Shown one piece after another: positions 1-9,607 of a DNA stretch of 64,000 nucleotides. The stretch comes from Promethearchaeota archaeon (GTDB taxonomy: Archaea; Asgardarchaeota; Lokiarchaeia; Sigyniarchaeales; SOKP01). Under the pieces are notes generated by a model. It had not been told where the DNA came from. It searched no databases and saw nothing but the letters and a program-made list of their open reading frames with translations. Each line of letters opens with the position of its first letter. Position 1 is the first letter of the stretch. The DNA lies in contig JAHPZA010000004.1 of assembly GCA_019058445.1 (NCBI GenBank), positions 96,001 through 160,000 on the forward strand, given 5' to 3'. A program made the translations under genes and the position numbers.

Positions 1-1825
1 ACTTCTCTTTATCTAATCTAAGTTCTTCGGGTTCGAATAAGTCCACATCTTTTTTGAACTTTATTATATAGTCCGTTATTGTATTGCAAAAATCATCAAA
101 TTCACTTTCATTGAATTCAAAACCTAACTCGCGGCTTAAACCTATTTTACTAAGATCTCCCCATGATACATCAGCTCCTTTTATTGGAATGATTTGAATT
201 TTATGTGTCCGAGCTAATTCAAGTTCATGAGCGCAATCCACAGAATTAAATACAGATTTCTGAGATGCGAAAAATAGTAAAAGTTGGGATTCAGGTACTC
301 GTTCATTCATAAAGTCATCAATATTGCCTGATAAATCCTCCTCACAATAGAATGCTTGATAAATTTCATTTTGTTCTTTAAGAATCTCTGATATTTTATC
401 AATCTTAAAGTAATCAAAATCAGCAACCGCATGGCTTAAGAATATGTTTAATGTTGCGTTTTTCCTACAAAATTTTAAGATTTCAGGGATCTCTTTAGTA
501 ATAACTTTCTGTGATTCTTCATTCCATGGATTATTCTCTAATAAGAGTTGTGTTAGGTTATCTAAAGACCATATTGGTCCAGGGAGTTCAGAAAAATTAT
601 TCATCCTTAAATCAAGATAATCCAAAGCTTCTAAGTTACCTATCGATCTAGGAAGTGATTTTAATTTGTTGGAGATTAAACTTAACTTTTCGAGTGATTT
701 GAGTTCTCCTATTTCATCTGGTATATCTTCAAATTCATTTTGACTCAAATTTAGTAATTTAAGATTTGTTAATTTTCGAATGGAACTAATGATAGTTTTC
801 AACTCATTACTACTTAGACTGAGATATTCTAATGACGATAAGTTTCCTATAGAATCCGGTAATTTATTTATTTTATTATACCCCAATTCTAAGTTTTTTA
901 GTGAATTTAAATTTCCAATTGATTCCGGAATTGAAATAATTTGATTACTTTCTAAATCAAGACTTTTTAATTCCACAAGATTTCCTATTGAAGCCGGGAT
1001 ACTTACTAATTTACCACGTTTTATTTGCATTTTTTGAAGTGATTTGAGATTTCCAATCGATTCTGGCAGTGAGCCAAAATTTTTTGCATTTCTTATACTG
1101 AGTTCCCTAAGTGATATAAGTCCCCCAATAGTTTCAGGAAGAGATTCAAAAATAGTATTACCAGACAAATCTAGTTCTTCAAGATACGAAAGGTTTCCAA
1201 TAGAATTTGGAAGTGTTTTAAGATTATCAATATTCCGTAAATCTAAAATATTAAGATAAGAAAGATTTCCTATCGAATCGGGGAGATTATTTATATTTTT
1301 ATTACTTGCTAGGATTAATTCTTTAAGAGAAGTAAGATTTCCTATGAAGTCTGGAAGATGTGGTATTTGAGTAGAACTTAAATCTAACTTTTCAAGCGCA
1401 TTTAAGTTTTCCATAGAGTCTGGTAAGTTAATTCCTCTATTTATACTTAATAACAATGTTTTGAGAGATCTAAGTTCTCCAATCGAACTCGGAAGAGTCT
1501 CTAATCTATTGTTAGTCAAATCCAAAATTTCTAAGGATTTAAGATTTCCAATCGATTCGGGGAGCGTTTTCAATTCATTATTTTTTAAATAAAGAGCCCT
1601 AAGCGATGCTAAATTTCCAATTGATTCGGGGAGTTCTGGTAATCCGCTCACCATCATTGTTATTGAAATAATCTCATTATTCTCAACTTCATAATACATA
1701 TTTCTATTTAGATTACTAGTCTCAACTTCCTGTTTACTTGGTACTGGACGTTTAAATCTTGATAAATTGCCCAATTCTTTTAGTAATTCCAAATCTTCCC
1801 ATTTTAAATTATTTACATCTGCCAT
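1..1825 (-). CDS. Leucine-rich-repeat protein with C-terminal TIR domain (3' end runs off window)
   Basis: Hand translation (absent from ORF track because open to the edge): ATG at 1825 (MADVNNLKWEDLELL), roughly 16 LRRs of type LPESIGNLxxLxxLxLxxN, then LNIFLSHAVADF...AFYCEEDLSG...SVFNSVDCAHELELA...IIPIKG (TIR box 1 and conserved Glu). Confidence 0.85.
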   Translation of the reverse strand, partial: MADVNNLKWEDLELLKELGNLSRFKRPVPSKQEVETSNLNRNMYYEVENNEIISITMMVSGLPELPESIGNLASLRALYLKNNELKTLPESIGNLKSLEILDLTNNRLETLPSSIGELRSLKTLLLSINRGINLPDSMENLNALEKLDLSSTQIPHLPDFIGNLTSLKELILASNKNINNLPDSIGNLSYLNILDLRNIDNLKTLPNSIGNLSYLEELDLSGNTIFESLPETIGGLISLRELSIRNAKNFGSLPESIGNLKSLQKMQIKRGKLVSIPASIGNLVELKSLDLESNQIISIPESIGNLNSLKNLELGYNKINKLPDSIGNLSSLEYLSLSSNELKTIISSIRKLTNLKLLNLSQNEFEDIPDEIGELKSLEKLSLISNKLKSLPRSIGNLEALDYLDLRMNNFSELPGPIWSLDNLTQLLLENNPWNEESQKVITKEIPEILKFCRKNATLNIFLSHAVADFDYFKIDKISEILKEQNEIYQAFYCEEDLSGNIDDFMNERVPESQLLLFFASQKSVFNSVDCAHELELARTHKIQIIPIKGADVSWGDLSKIGLSRELGFEFNESEFDDFCNTITDYIIKFKKDVDLFEPEELRLDKEK

Positions 1826-2016
1826 TGTTAACCATATCTCTTTAGTAATTATTTCTTTTATATGTTAAAGTGACTGTTTTTACCGTAAAAACAAATAATT
1901 AATACTGATTTTTAATATTTGCTTAAAGTTATTTTAATTTCAAATTTCTAAAAAAGATTTCAATGAACGTAAACTTAATTTAAAAAAAATTCTAATTATT
2001 TTATAAAAAAGCCAAA

Positions 2017-2649
2017 GTGATGATAATTCAAGAAAAGCTAAAATTATTAACTGAGAGTCTTAAAGAAGATTTAAAGGTCCCAGAAGAAGTAATTTATTTA
2101 TTACTGAATTTGAATGAGGATGTTAGATTAATTGAAAGTAAGAGTATATTGATCCAAGCATTAATAGATATGATTATTAAAACAAAATCCTCGATTATAA
2201 TATATACTCCATTTGCTATTCCTGAGATTTTACAAACTGCATCGGAATTTGCATATCAGAGAAAAAGTGCAAGGTTTTTGCTTACATGTAAATGGGATAT
2301 GATGGCATATGGAGATATAATTAAAAAAATGAGAATGCTGGGAAACATCTTTTTTCGAAATATTGACATGCCATCTAAATATTATTTATGTTCTCGAGAT
2401 GCCAGTGATTGGTTATTAGGAATATCTAGTGAAAGTGAAACTATAACTATTCAATGTTCAGATGAAAATAAATCTAATGTTATTGCTGAAATCATGTCAT
2501 ATTTTTTTGAAATATCAAAACCAATGGACGTTGCATTTAAAGTAGCAGCAATGAAAGCAAAAATAGAAAAGAAAAAAATTAAAGACGCAAAGAAAAAGGC
2601 TAAAAAAGAAAGAAAAAAAGAAAAAAAGATGAAAAAAATGTATAAATAA
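2017..2649 (+). CDS. Hypothetical protein with Lys-rich C-terminal tail
   Basis: 210 aa ORF, divergent from the LRR-TIR gene; no family recognised with certainty. Confidence 0.6.
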   Translation: MMIIQEKLKLLTESLKEDLKVPEEVIYLLLNLNEDVRLIESKSILIQALIDMIIKTKSSIIIYTPFAIPEILQTASEFAYQRKSARFLLTCKWDMMAYGDIIKKMRMLGNIFFRNIDMPSKYYLCSRDASDWLLGISSESETITIQCSDENKSNVIAEIMSYFFEISKPMDVAFKVAAMKAKIEKKKIKDAKKKAKKERKKEKKMKKMYK

Positions 2650-2702
2650 GGATAGATAGTTAAAAATAAATTGTAATTACCATTTTTATTATTGCTTTTC
2701 AT

Positions 2703-2715
2703 AGTTTTTAATACC
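2703..2715 (+). promoter_or_regulatory. Probable TATA box of tRNA-Pro
   Basis: TTTTTAATA about 15-25 nt upstream of the mature tRNA 5' end. Confidence 0.35.
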
Positions 2716-2727
2716 CTTACCTCACAT

Positions 2728-2860
2728 GGGAGGGTGGTCTAGCTTGGTATGATACATAATTTGTCGTTCAGCCAAATTAGGCGAATCGGCTGGGGCAGTC
2801 AAAGCTTTTGCTTGGATTACAGAAGCCGAGTGGCCGGGGGTTCAATTCCCCCCTCTCCCA
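2728..2860 (+). tRNA. tRNA-Pro(GGG) with two introns (2756-2785 at position 27/28; 2796-2824 at 37/38)
   Basis: Acceptor GGGAGGG/CTCTCCC plus A73; D-arm GTCTAGCTTGGTATGAT; anticodon stem CTCGG/CCGAG forms only after removing 2756-2785; loop CT-GGG-G; T-arm GGGGG-TTCAATT-CCCCC; both introns contain hairpins with BHB-like bulges; CCA not encoded. Confidence 0.88.
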
Positions 2861-2866
2861 TTTTAA

Positions 2867-3715
2867 TCAATAATAATCGAAAGAGCCATATTTTTCACAG
2901 TATTTTGAAAAAATTTTAGATTTATTTTCTTGAAAAAAGGTCGATTGAACCATAATGTGGCAATTTCTACACAAACATATACAATTTTCATTTATAATAA
3001 TATTTCTAAGTTTATCCATATCCGAAACTGTTATAAAATAGTAAGAAATAGGTTTAGTTTTTTTCAAAGGATCAAGATGGTGAATTTCAAGTGCTGGTAA
3101 ATTGTCAATATTATTGAATGTAATCCCAAAACCGCAACTAGTACAATACCCTCTGCATATATCTAAAATCATTAATTTTTTTCTTACAATCCGTTGTATA
3201 CCTTGTCTTAATGCATGATTAGGGATTAGTGTTGGGGTAATTACTGTGGGATCATGAATCTTAAGAATTATATCCATATATTCATAAAAGAATTTAGATT
3301 GAAGTTTCATATGACAATTCCTACAAATAACGATCACTTTTTGTTTTATTATTTCATTTTTAATTATTGACCAATTTTTATAGCGCACACTTCTCCAAAA
3401 ACCTTTTTCCCTTGCTTTTATAGTTGATAATTCAGGATCAAGATGGTGGAAGTCTAACATTGGAAGGTTATCAATGCCCACCTCATTACAAATTTGACAT
3501 CTGTTCAAATCCTTAGTAACGAACCTTATAGCTTGGATTTTATTAATCCAACTCTTCATCTGTAGTCTATAAGCTTCTGCTTTTATATCACATTTTTTAC
3601 ATGTAGGTCTTCTTTTTTTTGAATTTGTATAAAATTTGAATTCAGAATACGGTTTAATTTGATGACATTTGCTACATTCTTTTTCTTTTTTTTCTGAATT
3701 ATTATATAAACTCAT
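2867..3715 (-). CDS. Zn-finger plus tandem HNH-like endonuclease
   Basis: N-terminal CSKC...CKKC; two repeats of CxxC...L[DE]xHHLDP...CRNCH. Confidence 0.75.
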   Translation of the reverse strand: MSLYNNSEKKEKECSKCHQIKPYSEFKFYTNSKKRRPTCKKCDIKAEAYRLQMKSWINKIQAIRFVTKDLNRCQICNEVGIDNLPMLDFHHLDPELSTIKAREKGFWRSVRYKNWSIIKNEIIKQKVIVICRNCHMKLQSKFFYEYMDIILKIHDPTVITPTLIPNHALRQGIQRIVRKKLMILDICRGYCTSCGFGITFNNIDNLPALEIHHLDPLKKTKPISYYFITVSDMDKLRNIIINENCICLCRNCHIMVQSTFFQENKSKIFSKYCEKYGSFDYY

Positions 3716-3835
3716 TTTTTGCTTATATTTAGTAGAATTTTAATTTACATTATAATTGAAATTGCTATATTTAAAGGAAAATAATGTGAGCCCAAAGAAA
3801 GAAGAATAATATATCAAAGGAAAAAGAATAAAAGA

Positions 3836-5113
3836 TTAATAGGTCTTTTTATCAATTTCTTCTTCGACATATTTGATATGGTTTTTAAGCTTATTTCTTA
3901 ATTCTTCTTTATTTGTTGCTAAACTCAATACTAATTGGCAATCTTGACAAAGAGCTACTATATTGTAAATTGAATTAAGTCCCCCTTTATGTGGAGGTGT
4001 TATGTATTCAAGTTCTAAATATGGTTTATTATTCCTGTCGACATGGGGAGATTTTTTTCCACAATTTTCACAATATCCATCAGCTCTGAATAATACATAT
4101 TCTTCAATATTATCGGTCTTTTTAAATCCCCGTATTTTAATTTCTACTGGTGATGGAATTTCTTCTAAATTTTTCACTCTCTTCCTTATATTAAGAAATT
4201 CGGGATTAGCAATTCTATTTACTTTTAGTAAAACCGCATCTCTAAATTGAGTAACTATTTTTCCATCCTTATTTTGTCTTATTTCTATTCCAGTGCATTT
4301 TAAAGGATCTTCAATAGTTAATAAAATCGTTCTTTCTTTTCCTTTAATAATTTCACCATATTTAATGGGAAATGGTTGCTCTAGTTTCTTTGGTTTATAA
4401 CCAAAAATTGAAGCGATATTTACAGCAAATTCATTAAAATCAAAATAAGCTTTTCTAAAGAAACTTAAAGCATCGATTTTCAAATAGTAAGATGTCTTAT
4501 TAATTGATCGTTCTTGAGGATTGTCAGGTAGATAGATTACTAACTTTTCTTCAGGATTGAGTTGTAAAAAAGTATGATCAATTATTCCTTGGTAATGTTG
4601 TTCTAAATCTCTATACTGTTTAATTCTTGAACCTGATTTTTTCCAATAAATATTGAATTCCCTTTTTATATCTTCCTTGAATTTATAATTATTTAAGTTC
4701 TTCATAACAGCATTAAAACTTCTAGGAACATTAAAAATCGAAGTTTCTTTCTTTATTATCTTGAGAAAGTAATCCTGCATTATTCTCATTGAATTAAGGA
4801 AGGGATTGAAATCGATTACCATATCAACTAATACTGGAGACCAGAAATTGATTCTTTCTGTATTTAATGATAAAGAAGGCTTTTGCATTTTAAATTGTTG
4901 TACACAAAACCTCGCACTTTCTTCCATAGAAAGCAAACGATAAATACCTGAATATGCTCGAAATAAGAACCATTCAATATTGGCTTTTTGATTAATAATC
5001 TCGATAATATCTTTAGGATTTCTACCATTAACTTTAGAGGCTATAGATTCTAACCAGCCTCCTAAATTTTGAAATAAGTTATATTGATTAAAAAAATTAA
5101 CATTATAGTACAA
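3836..5113 (-). CDS. Putative HEPN-domain protein with degenerate C-terminal HNH
   Basis: YRDLEQH (RxxxxH) in helical N-terminal half; C-terminal CENC...YLELEYITP..GG...NIVALCQDCQ (HNH fold, His positions replaced). Confidence 0.6.
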   Translation of the reverse strand: MYYNVNFFNQYNLFQNLGGWLESIASKVNGRNPKDIIEIINQKANIEWFLFRAYSGIYRLLSMEESARFCVQQFKMQKPSLSLNTERINFWSPVLVDMVIDFNPFLNSMRIMQDYFLKIIKKETSIFNVPRSFNAVMKNLNNYKFKEDIKREFNIYWKKSGSRIKQYRDLEQHYQGIIDHTFLQLNPEEKLVIYLPDNPQERSINKTSYYLKIDALSFFRKAYFDFNEFAVNIASIFGYKPKKLEQPFPIKYGEIIKGKERTILLTIEDPLKCTGIEIRQNKDGKIVTQFRDAVLLKVNRIANPEFLNIRKRVKNLEEIPSPVEIKIRGFKKTDNIEEYVLFRADGYCENCGKKSPHVDRNNKPYLELEYITPPHKGGLNSIYNIVALCQDCQLVLSLATNKEELRNKLKNHIKYVEEEIDKKTY

Positions 5114-5219
5114 ATAAGTTTACCTCTATTAATCTAAAATAATGAGTTTATTCTCTACTAAATCTATTTTTTTATTATTATTTTAATAAATAAAGTGACT
5201 ACAAGTTTAATGAAAATTT

Positions 5220-5298
5220 GGCTAGGGCAGTCAAAGCATTAGCTTAGTTTACAGAAGCCGAGTAGTCGGGGGTTCAATTCCCCCCTCTCCCATTTTAA
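5220..5298 (+). repeat. Degenerate copy of tRNA-Pro 3' part including intron 2 (att-like site 2)
   Basis: Aligns without gaps to 2788-2866, 7 mismatches in 79 nt. Confidence 0.92.
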
Positions 5299-5409
5299 CA
5301 CTTTTAATTTATAAAGAACTTTTTCTATATCTATATATTCTCTATAGATCTATTATTATTCTATATACTATGGTGATGATCTATATATATTGTTTTATAT
5401 AATATTAAA

Positions 5410-6114
5410 TTGAAGGATATGATGGCGAAATGTCAAAATTTAATGAATAAATTAAAAACTGATTCTAAGAATAATCATTTGTCAATAGATACAATATGGG
5501 AAGAAACTTGCACTCTTCGCAGTGGAGGTTTTGTGGGAGGAATAATTTTTTTATTTCCATCTGTTTTATTACTGCTGATGTTGATATTTATCTTTCCATT
5601 TGGTGCTCTATTATTTGGCATCCCACTTTTAATATTATCATTTTCATGTATTTATAATTCTAATACTCCGTTGATAAGATTTACAAATTCTGAGCTTATT
5701 GTTAGAAATAATGATTTAAAAAGAAAGAAGCATTTCCTTCTTTCTCAAATAAAAGAAATACACATAATTATCATTAAGAGAAAAGTATATTGTAAGAATG
5801 GAACTTATTATGCTTATTCGAAATTCAAATTTAATATTTTAACACTTTCTCGCGAATATCGTTATAAATTTTATTGGGGTTTTTATGAAGCGACTAAATT
5901 TCTTTTTAAAGGATATTCAGAAGCTAAACAAAAAGCAATCGAAAAAAGGTCTGAATTTGAGAGGGCTCTTAAAAATTTAGAAAAAATTTTTCCAGATCTA
6001 ATTGATTTTATAGATTTAGTTCCACCAGAGAAATCTGAATCCGGGTGGATAGGGATACTATGTTTAATTGGAATTTGTATCTTAGTAGGAATTTCTATTT
6101 TTTTTTGGAGCTAA
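5410..6114 (+). CDS. Hypothetical membrane protein
   Basis: 234 aa; two N-proximal and one C-terminal hydrophobic segments; stop codon lies inside the tRNA-derived repeat. Confidence 0.7.
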   Translation: MKDMMAKCQNLMNKLKTDSKNNHLSIDTIWEETCTLRSGGFVGGIIFLFPSVLLLLMLIFIFPFGALLFGIPLLILSFSCIYNSNTPLIRFTNSELIVRNNDLKRKKHFLLSQIKEIHIIIIKRKVYCKNGTYYAYSKFKFNILTLSREYRYKFYWGFYEATKFLFKGYSEAKQKAIEKRSEFERALKNLEKIFPDLIDFIDLVPPEKSESGWIGILCLIGICILVGISIFFWS

Positions 6115-6150
6115 GTTGCCAGGGGTTCAATTCCCCCCTCTCCCATTTAA
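6109..6150 (+). repeat. Degenerate tRNA-Pro 3'-end copy (att-like site 3)
   Basis: AGCTAAGTTGCCAGGGGTTCAATTCCCCCCTCTCCCATTT vs tRNA AGCCGAGTGGCCGGGGGTTCAATTCCCCCCTCTCCCATTT. Confidence 0.9.
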
Positions 6151-6271
6151 ACTAATAATCTTCAAAAATTTCTAAATTAAAAATTGGACTCCTTTATGAA
6201 TAAATTCTATACTGATTTTTTGAATTTAATTTCCAACCATATTGCATAAGAATTTTGAGTAGAAGTTAAAA

Positions 6272-6862
6272 ATGGCTTCAAATGAAAAAAAGTCAAAAGA
6301 AGAAATAAAAAAGGAGATTATTCAATTTTTAAATATCACTTCTGGAAAAGTGGATCATAGTCCAGATGAATTTAGCTGTGGAAACATACATAACACTAGT
6401 TTAGTTCTTGCGACTTGCAGCAAAGACGTTCCAAGAGCTACACCACTTGAATTCTTTAATGAAGGACTTATTATATATATATTTGGTCAAGCAGGGGGTA
6501 AAATACTCAATATCAAAAGAAATAAAAAAGTGGCAGCTGCAATTTACGAACAACCTTTGGTACATTCAAGAATCCAAAAAAATCTTCAGATATTTGGAGT
6601 GGCAGAATTAATTACTGTTAAGAATAATCCTGAATTATTTCGAGAAAAAGCGATTAAATGGAACCAATATAAGGTTGTAGAAAGCCTTTTAAAACCTGTG
6701 ATTAAACGCCAAAACTTAAGTGAGGAGGAGGTAGAAGATTTAGTTAAAAGAGGTACTGAAGCAACTTTTTTAATAAAAATTGTTCCAAACCATATTATTT
6801 TGAGAGAAATGCAAGAAGATTTCAGTATTTTTAAATCTGAATGGAAAAAAGAGAAAGAATAA
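6272..6862 (+). CDS. Pyridoxamine 5'-phosphate oxidase-like (split barrel) protein
   Basis: LVLATCSKDVPRATPLEF...GKILNIKRNKKVAAAI...LQIFGVAEL. Confidence 0.8.
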   Translation: MASNEKKSKEEIKKEIIQFLNITSGKVDHSPDEFSCGNIHNTSLVLATCSKDVPRATPLEFFNEGLIIYIFGQAGGKILNIKRNKKVAAAIYEQPLVHSRIQKNLQIFGVAELITVKNNPELFREKAIKWNQYKVVESLLKPVIKRQNLSEEEVEDLVKRGTEATFLIKIVPNHIILREMQEDFSIFKSEWKKEKE

Positions 6863-6947
6863 TATTATATTTCTATATTATTAAATTGAAAAAAATTTAC
6901 CAACTATTTCTAAACAAATAATTTATCTTTTCCAAAGAATATGGATA

Positions 6948-6980
6948 TGGTCGGGGGTTCAATTCCCCCATCTCCCATTT
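6948..6980 (+). repeat. Degenerate tRNA-Pro 3'-end copy (att-like site 4)
   Basis: TGGTCGGGGGTTCAATTCCCCCATCTCCCATTT; 2 mismatches in 33 nt to 2831-2863. Confidence 0.9.
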
Positions 6981-7123
6981 CTATTAACAAAATTTATTCC
7001 TATATTTTTCAAAAATTTCTTATAAATATTTTTGAGTTTTTAGAGAAATACAATCACATACTATACTATTTATTTATCAATGATAAAAACATAAAAAAAA
7101 GATTCCTTTTTTGCTTTAGATAA

Positions 7124-8107
7124 TTATTTCAGATACTCATCAACCCATCTTATAATCTCCTTGCTTTCTTCATCAGGTTTTACTATAGGAATACCATGCC
7201 CACAGTGCATTCGTACATACTTCCAGCTGCCTTTTACAAGTGATTTAACGCGAGCTACCTCCTCATCACTTATAGCACCCAAAAGTCGTCCCTCATACAT
7301 AAACCAATTTGCATGCAAAAATAGTATTGGTTGTGCAACCTTAGCAAGAGTTTCTGCGTGATCGAAATCTTTACCTACCGATCCATCCAAAAATGCCTTT
7401 GTGAAAGTAAAATCGAACTGTGAATTACCTTTCAGAAGAATACGTCTTTCTGGAGGCAAGAACTTTAAATCTACCGGACTATTTGGTCGGAAGAACAGTT
7501 TTATTGCAATTATTTTTGAAATGAAATTTATTATAAACTTAGGAGGTAATTTTATATTCAATACTTCTTTTGCTATACTTCCCATTAGGGTGATACTTTC
7601 CTTGAAATATTTCGGGAGGCCACCGCCACCTGGAGTTCCCATGATTTCTACAAGCATCGTAAAGACATCGTAAACCCACGTGGTTTTTATGGTCGGCCAT
7701 TCACAGAGAAAGAGCGGGGGATCTTCGCAGATCACTCCTTTCACCCATTCTGGTGAATTTGCCGCTAGCCAAACTGATAATACACCTCCTGAAGAATTAC
7801 CCCCCACTATAGCAGGCCTTCCTACAACTTCACGCAAGAAAGCAGTCATATCCTTCCCCAATATATTAAAAGTATATTTTCCCGGAGTAAATGTAGATTT
7901 GCCATGCCCACGCAGAGTTACAGCAAAGACTTGGAAGCGATGTGCAAGCTTTGGAAGAAGTAGCATATATTCTTCCCAGGTAACACCTTGTCCGGGAATA
8001 AAGACTAAAGGTGTCCCGTTGGGCGGGCCAGCTACATAATTTAATTTAATTTCACCAGTGTCAAAAAATCCCTCCTCTATTCCTGCTTTTTTTAATATTT
8101 TATTCAT
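7124..8107 (-). CDS. Alpha/beta-fold hydrolase
   Basis: LVFIPGQG, LRGHGKS, nucleophile elbow GNSSGG, C-terminal GHGI. Confidence 0.88.
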   Translation of the reverse strand: MNKILKKAGIEEGFFDTGEIKLNYVAGPPNGTPLVFIPGQGVTWEEYMLLLPKLAHRFQVFAVTLRGHGKSTFTPGKYTFNILGKDMTAFLREVVGRPAIVGGNSSGGVLSVWLAANSPEWVKGVICEDPPLFLCEWPTIKTTWVYDVFTMLVEIMGTPGGGGLPKYFKESITLMGSIAKEVLNIKLPPKFIINFISKIIAIKLFFRPNSPVDLKFLPPERRILLKGNSQFDFTFTKAFLDGSVGKDFDHAETLAKVAQPILFLHANWFMYEGRLLGAISDEEVARVKSLVKGSWKYVRMHCGHGIPIVKPDEESKEIIRWVDEYLK

Positions 8108-8213
8108 TATTTTCCTTTCTCTGAGTATAATAAATTATTTCTATATAATTTACTCATTCTGAAAAAATATTGAAGATTATATAAAGATTGTTTTAATTAC
8201 TAATTTTAAGACA

Positions 8214-9470
8214 TTATGAATTATGTTTTTCATTATATTCGTTCACTGCTTCCAACGCTGCGACGATATTCTCAGGAGGGACATCAGGTAATATATTATG
8301 GATGGCATTCCAAACATAACCTCCCCCAGGTGCGAAAATTTCAAGCAATTCTTTCACATGTGTTTTGACTTCTTCAGGAGATTTACGATTAAAGATAAAA
8401 CGAGTATCAACACCCCCACCCCAAAACGTAATATCATCTCCAAAATTTTCCTTCAAATATTTCGGGTCCATATCTCTTGCGCTAATTTGAACAGGATTAA
8501 GAATGTCAATTCCACATTCAATTAGATCAGGTAAAAGTTTTACAATAGACCCGCACGAATGGAAGAAAATCTTCATAGAACTATGTTTTTTTACATAATC
8601 ACATAATTCTTGATGTCCTCTTTTGAAAAATTTCCTGTAAGTTTTAAGGCTAATCATTGGTCCTTTATTTTCTCCTAAATCATCTCCAAAAGTAATAATA
8701 TCAAGCACATCCCCAAGATATTTACACACTACTTTTAAAGCGTTAATATAAAATTCGATCTGTAAATCAACAAATTTTACTACCTTTGTTGGATTTCGAA
8801 TTGTATCTATGAGAAACTTATCCATTCTTCTAAAAGAATGAGTTCCTTGAAATATATTCGTAGTAAGACATAAAATTATTATTTTATTTGTTTCTTGACG
8901 CAGTTTAATCACGTTGTCTCTTAAATTTTTCCAAAACCTTTTCTCACCCATATTACTAAGAGGGGGAATAACACCCTTGGCCCATAGATTTTTATCTAAA
9001 GCTTGTATGTAGGATTGTAAGTCAAATTTTTCAGGATATTTTTCCAGCCAAGGATAATAAGTTTGATCCATAACAAGAGAATCCTTTGACATTCTTCCAA
9101 TAATAGTGCCATCGGAATGAATCAGTTCGAAAGAACCATCGGGATTGTGCCTCGGTGAAAGATAAACAGGAAATTGTGCCTTAATGCCATGCAACTCAAC
9201 ATCATACCAATCTTTATCTTCTGTAAGATAAGCTGAACCTATATCAATTGCATCAATACCGAAACGTTCAATAAACCAATCTTCGACCCGAGCCAATTGT
9301 TGAACCATATCATATACCCGAACATATCCTTCTTTTATTCCCAAATAATTTTTTAAATTGTTATATGCGATTGCTGAAATCCCTGTCATATTAGTTGACC
9401 CGATATCAACAGGAACTCTATCAGGTTCTTTATGATTAATACTAGCAAGTATTCTTTCTCTAGAATTAAT
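8214..9470 (-). CDS. Uroporphyrinogen decarboxylase family (MtaA/CmuA-like methyltransferase); probable ATT start
   Basis: GDDLG, FFHSCG, LNPVQISA, FWGGGVDT, GGYVWNAIHNI; frame extends 27 codons above the track ATG to (I)NSRERILASINHKEPDRVP. Confidence 0.85.
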   Translation of the reverse strand: MNSRERILASINHKEPDRVPVDIGSTNMTGISAIAYNNLKNYLGIKEGYVRVYDMVQQLARVEDWFIERFGIDAIDIGSAYLTEDKDWYDVELHGIKAQFPVYLSPRHNPDGSFELIHSDGTIIGRMSKDSLVMDQTYYPWLEKYPEKFDLQSYIQALDKNLWAKGVIPPLSNMGEKRFWKNLRDNVIKLRQETNKIIILCLTTNIFQGTHSFRRMDKFLIDTIRNPTKVVKFVDLQIEFYINALKVVCKYLGDVLDIITFGDDLGENKGPMISLKTYRKFFKRGHQELCDYVKKHSSMKIFFHSCGSIVKLLPDLIECGIDILNPVQISARDMDPKYLKENFGDDITFWGGGVDTRFIFNRKSPEEVKTHVKELLEIFAPGGGYVWNAIHNILPDVPPENIVAALEAVNEYNEKHNS

Positions 9471-9607
9471 TTTTTACACCCAATTTATTTTATATTATAA
9501 GTATAAAATTATTGATAAAATTTAATTTTGGACCTGTTAAATACAATTTTCTTCTGATGATTTGTAGTATACTATTGAATTAATAAAGAATATTAATCAA
9601 AAAATTC

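Noticed and set aside
2790-2825. Reading the tRNA as His (GTG would perfect the BHB helix)
   Set aside because: The sequence shows GGG, discriminator A73 and no G-1, all consistent with Pro.
5320-5400. CTATA-rich stretch after repeat 2
   Set aside because: Low-complexity AT-rich DNA with no regular period.
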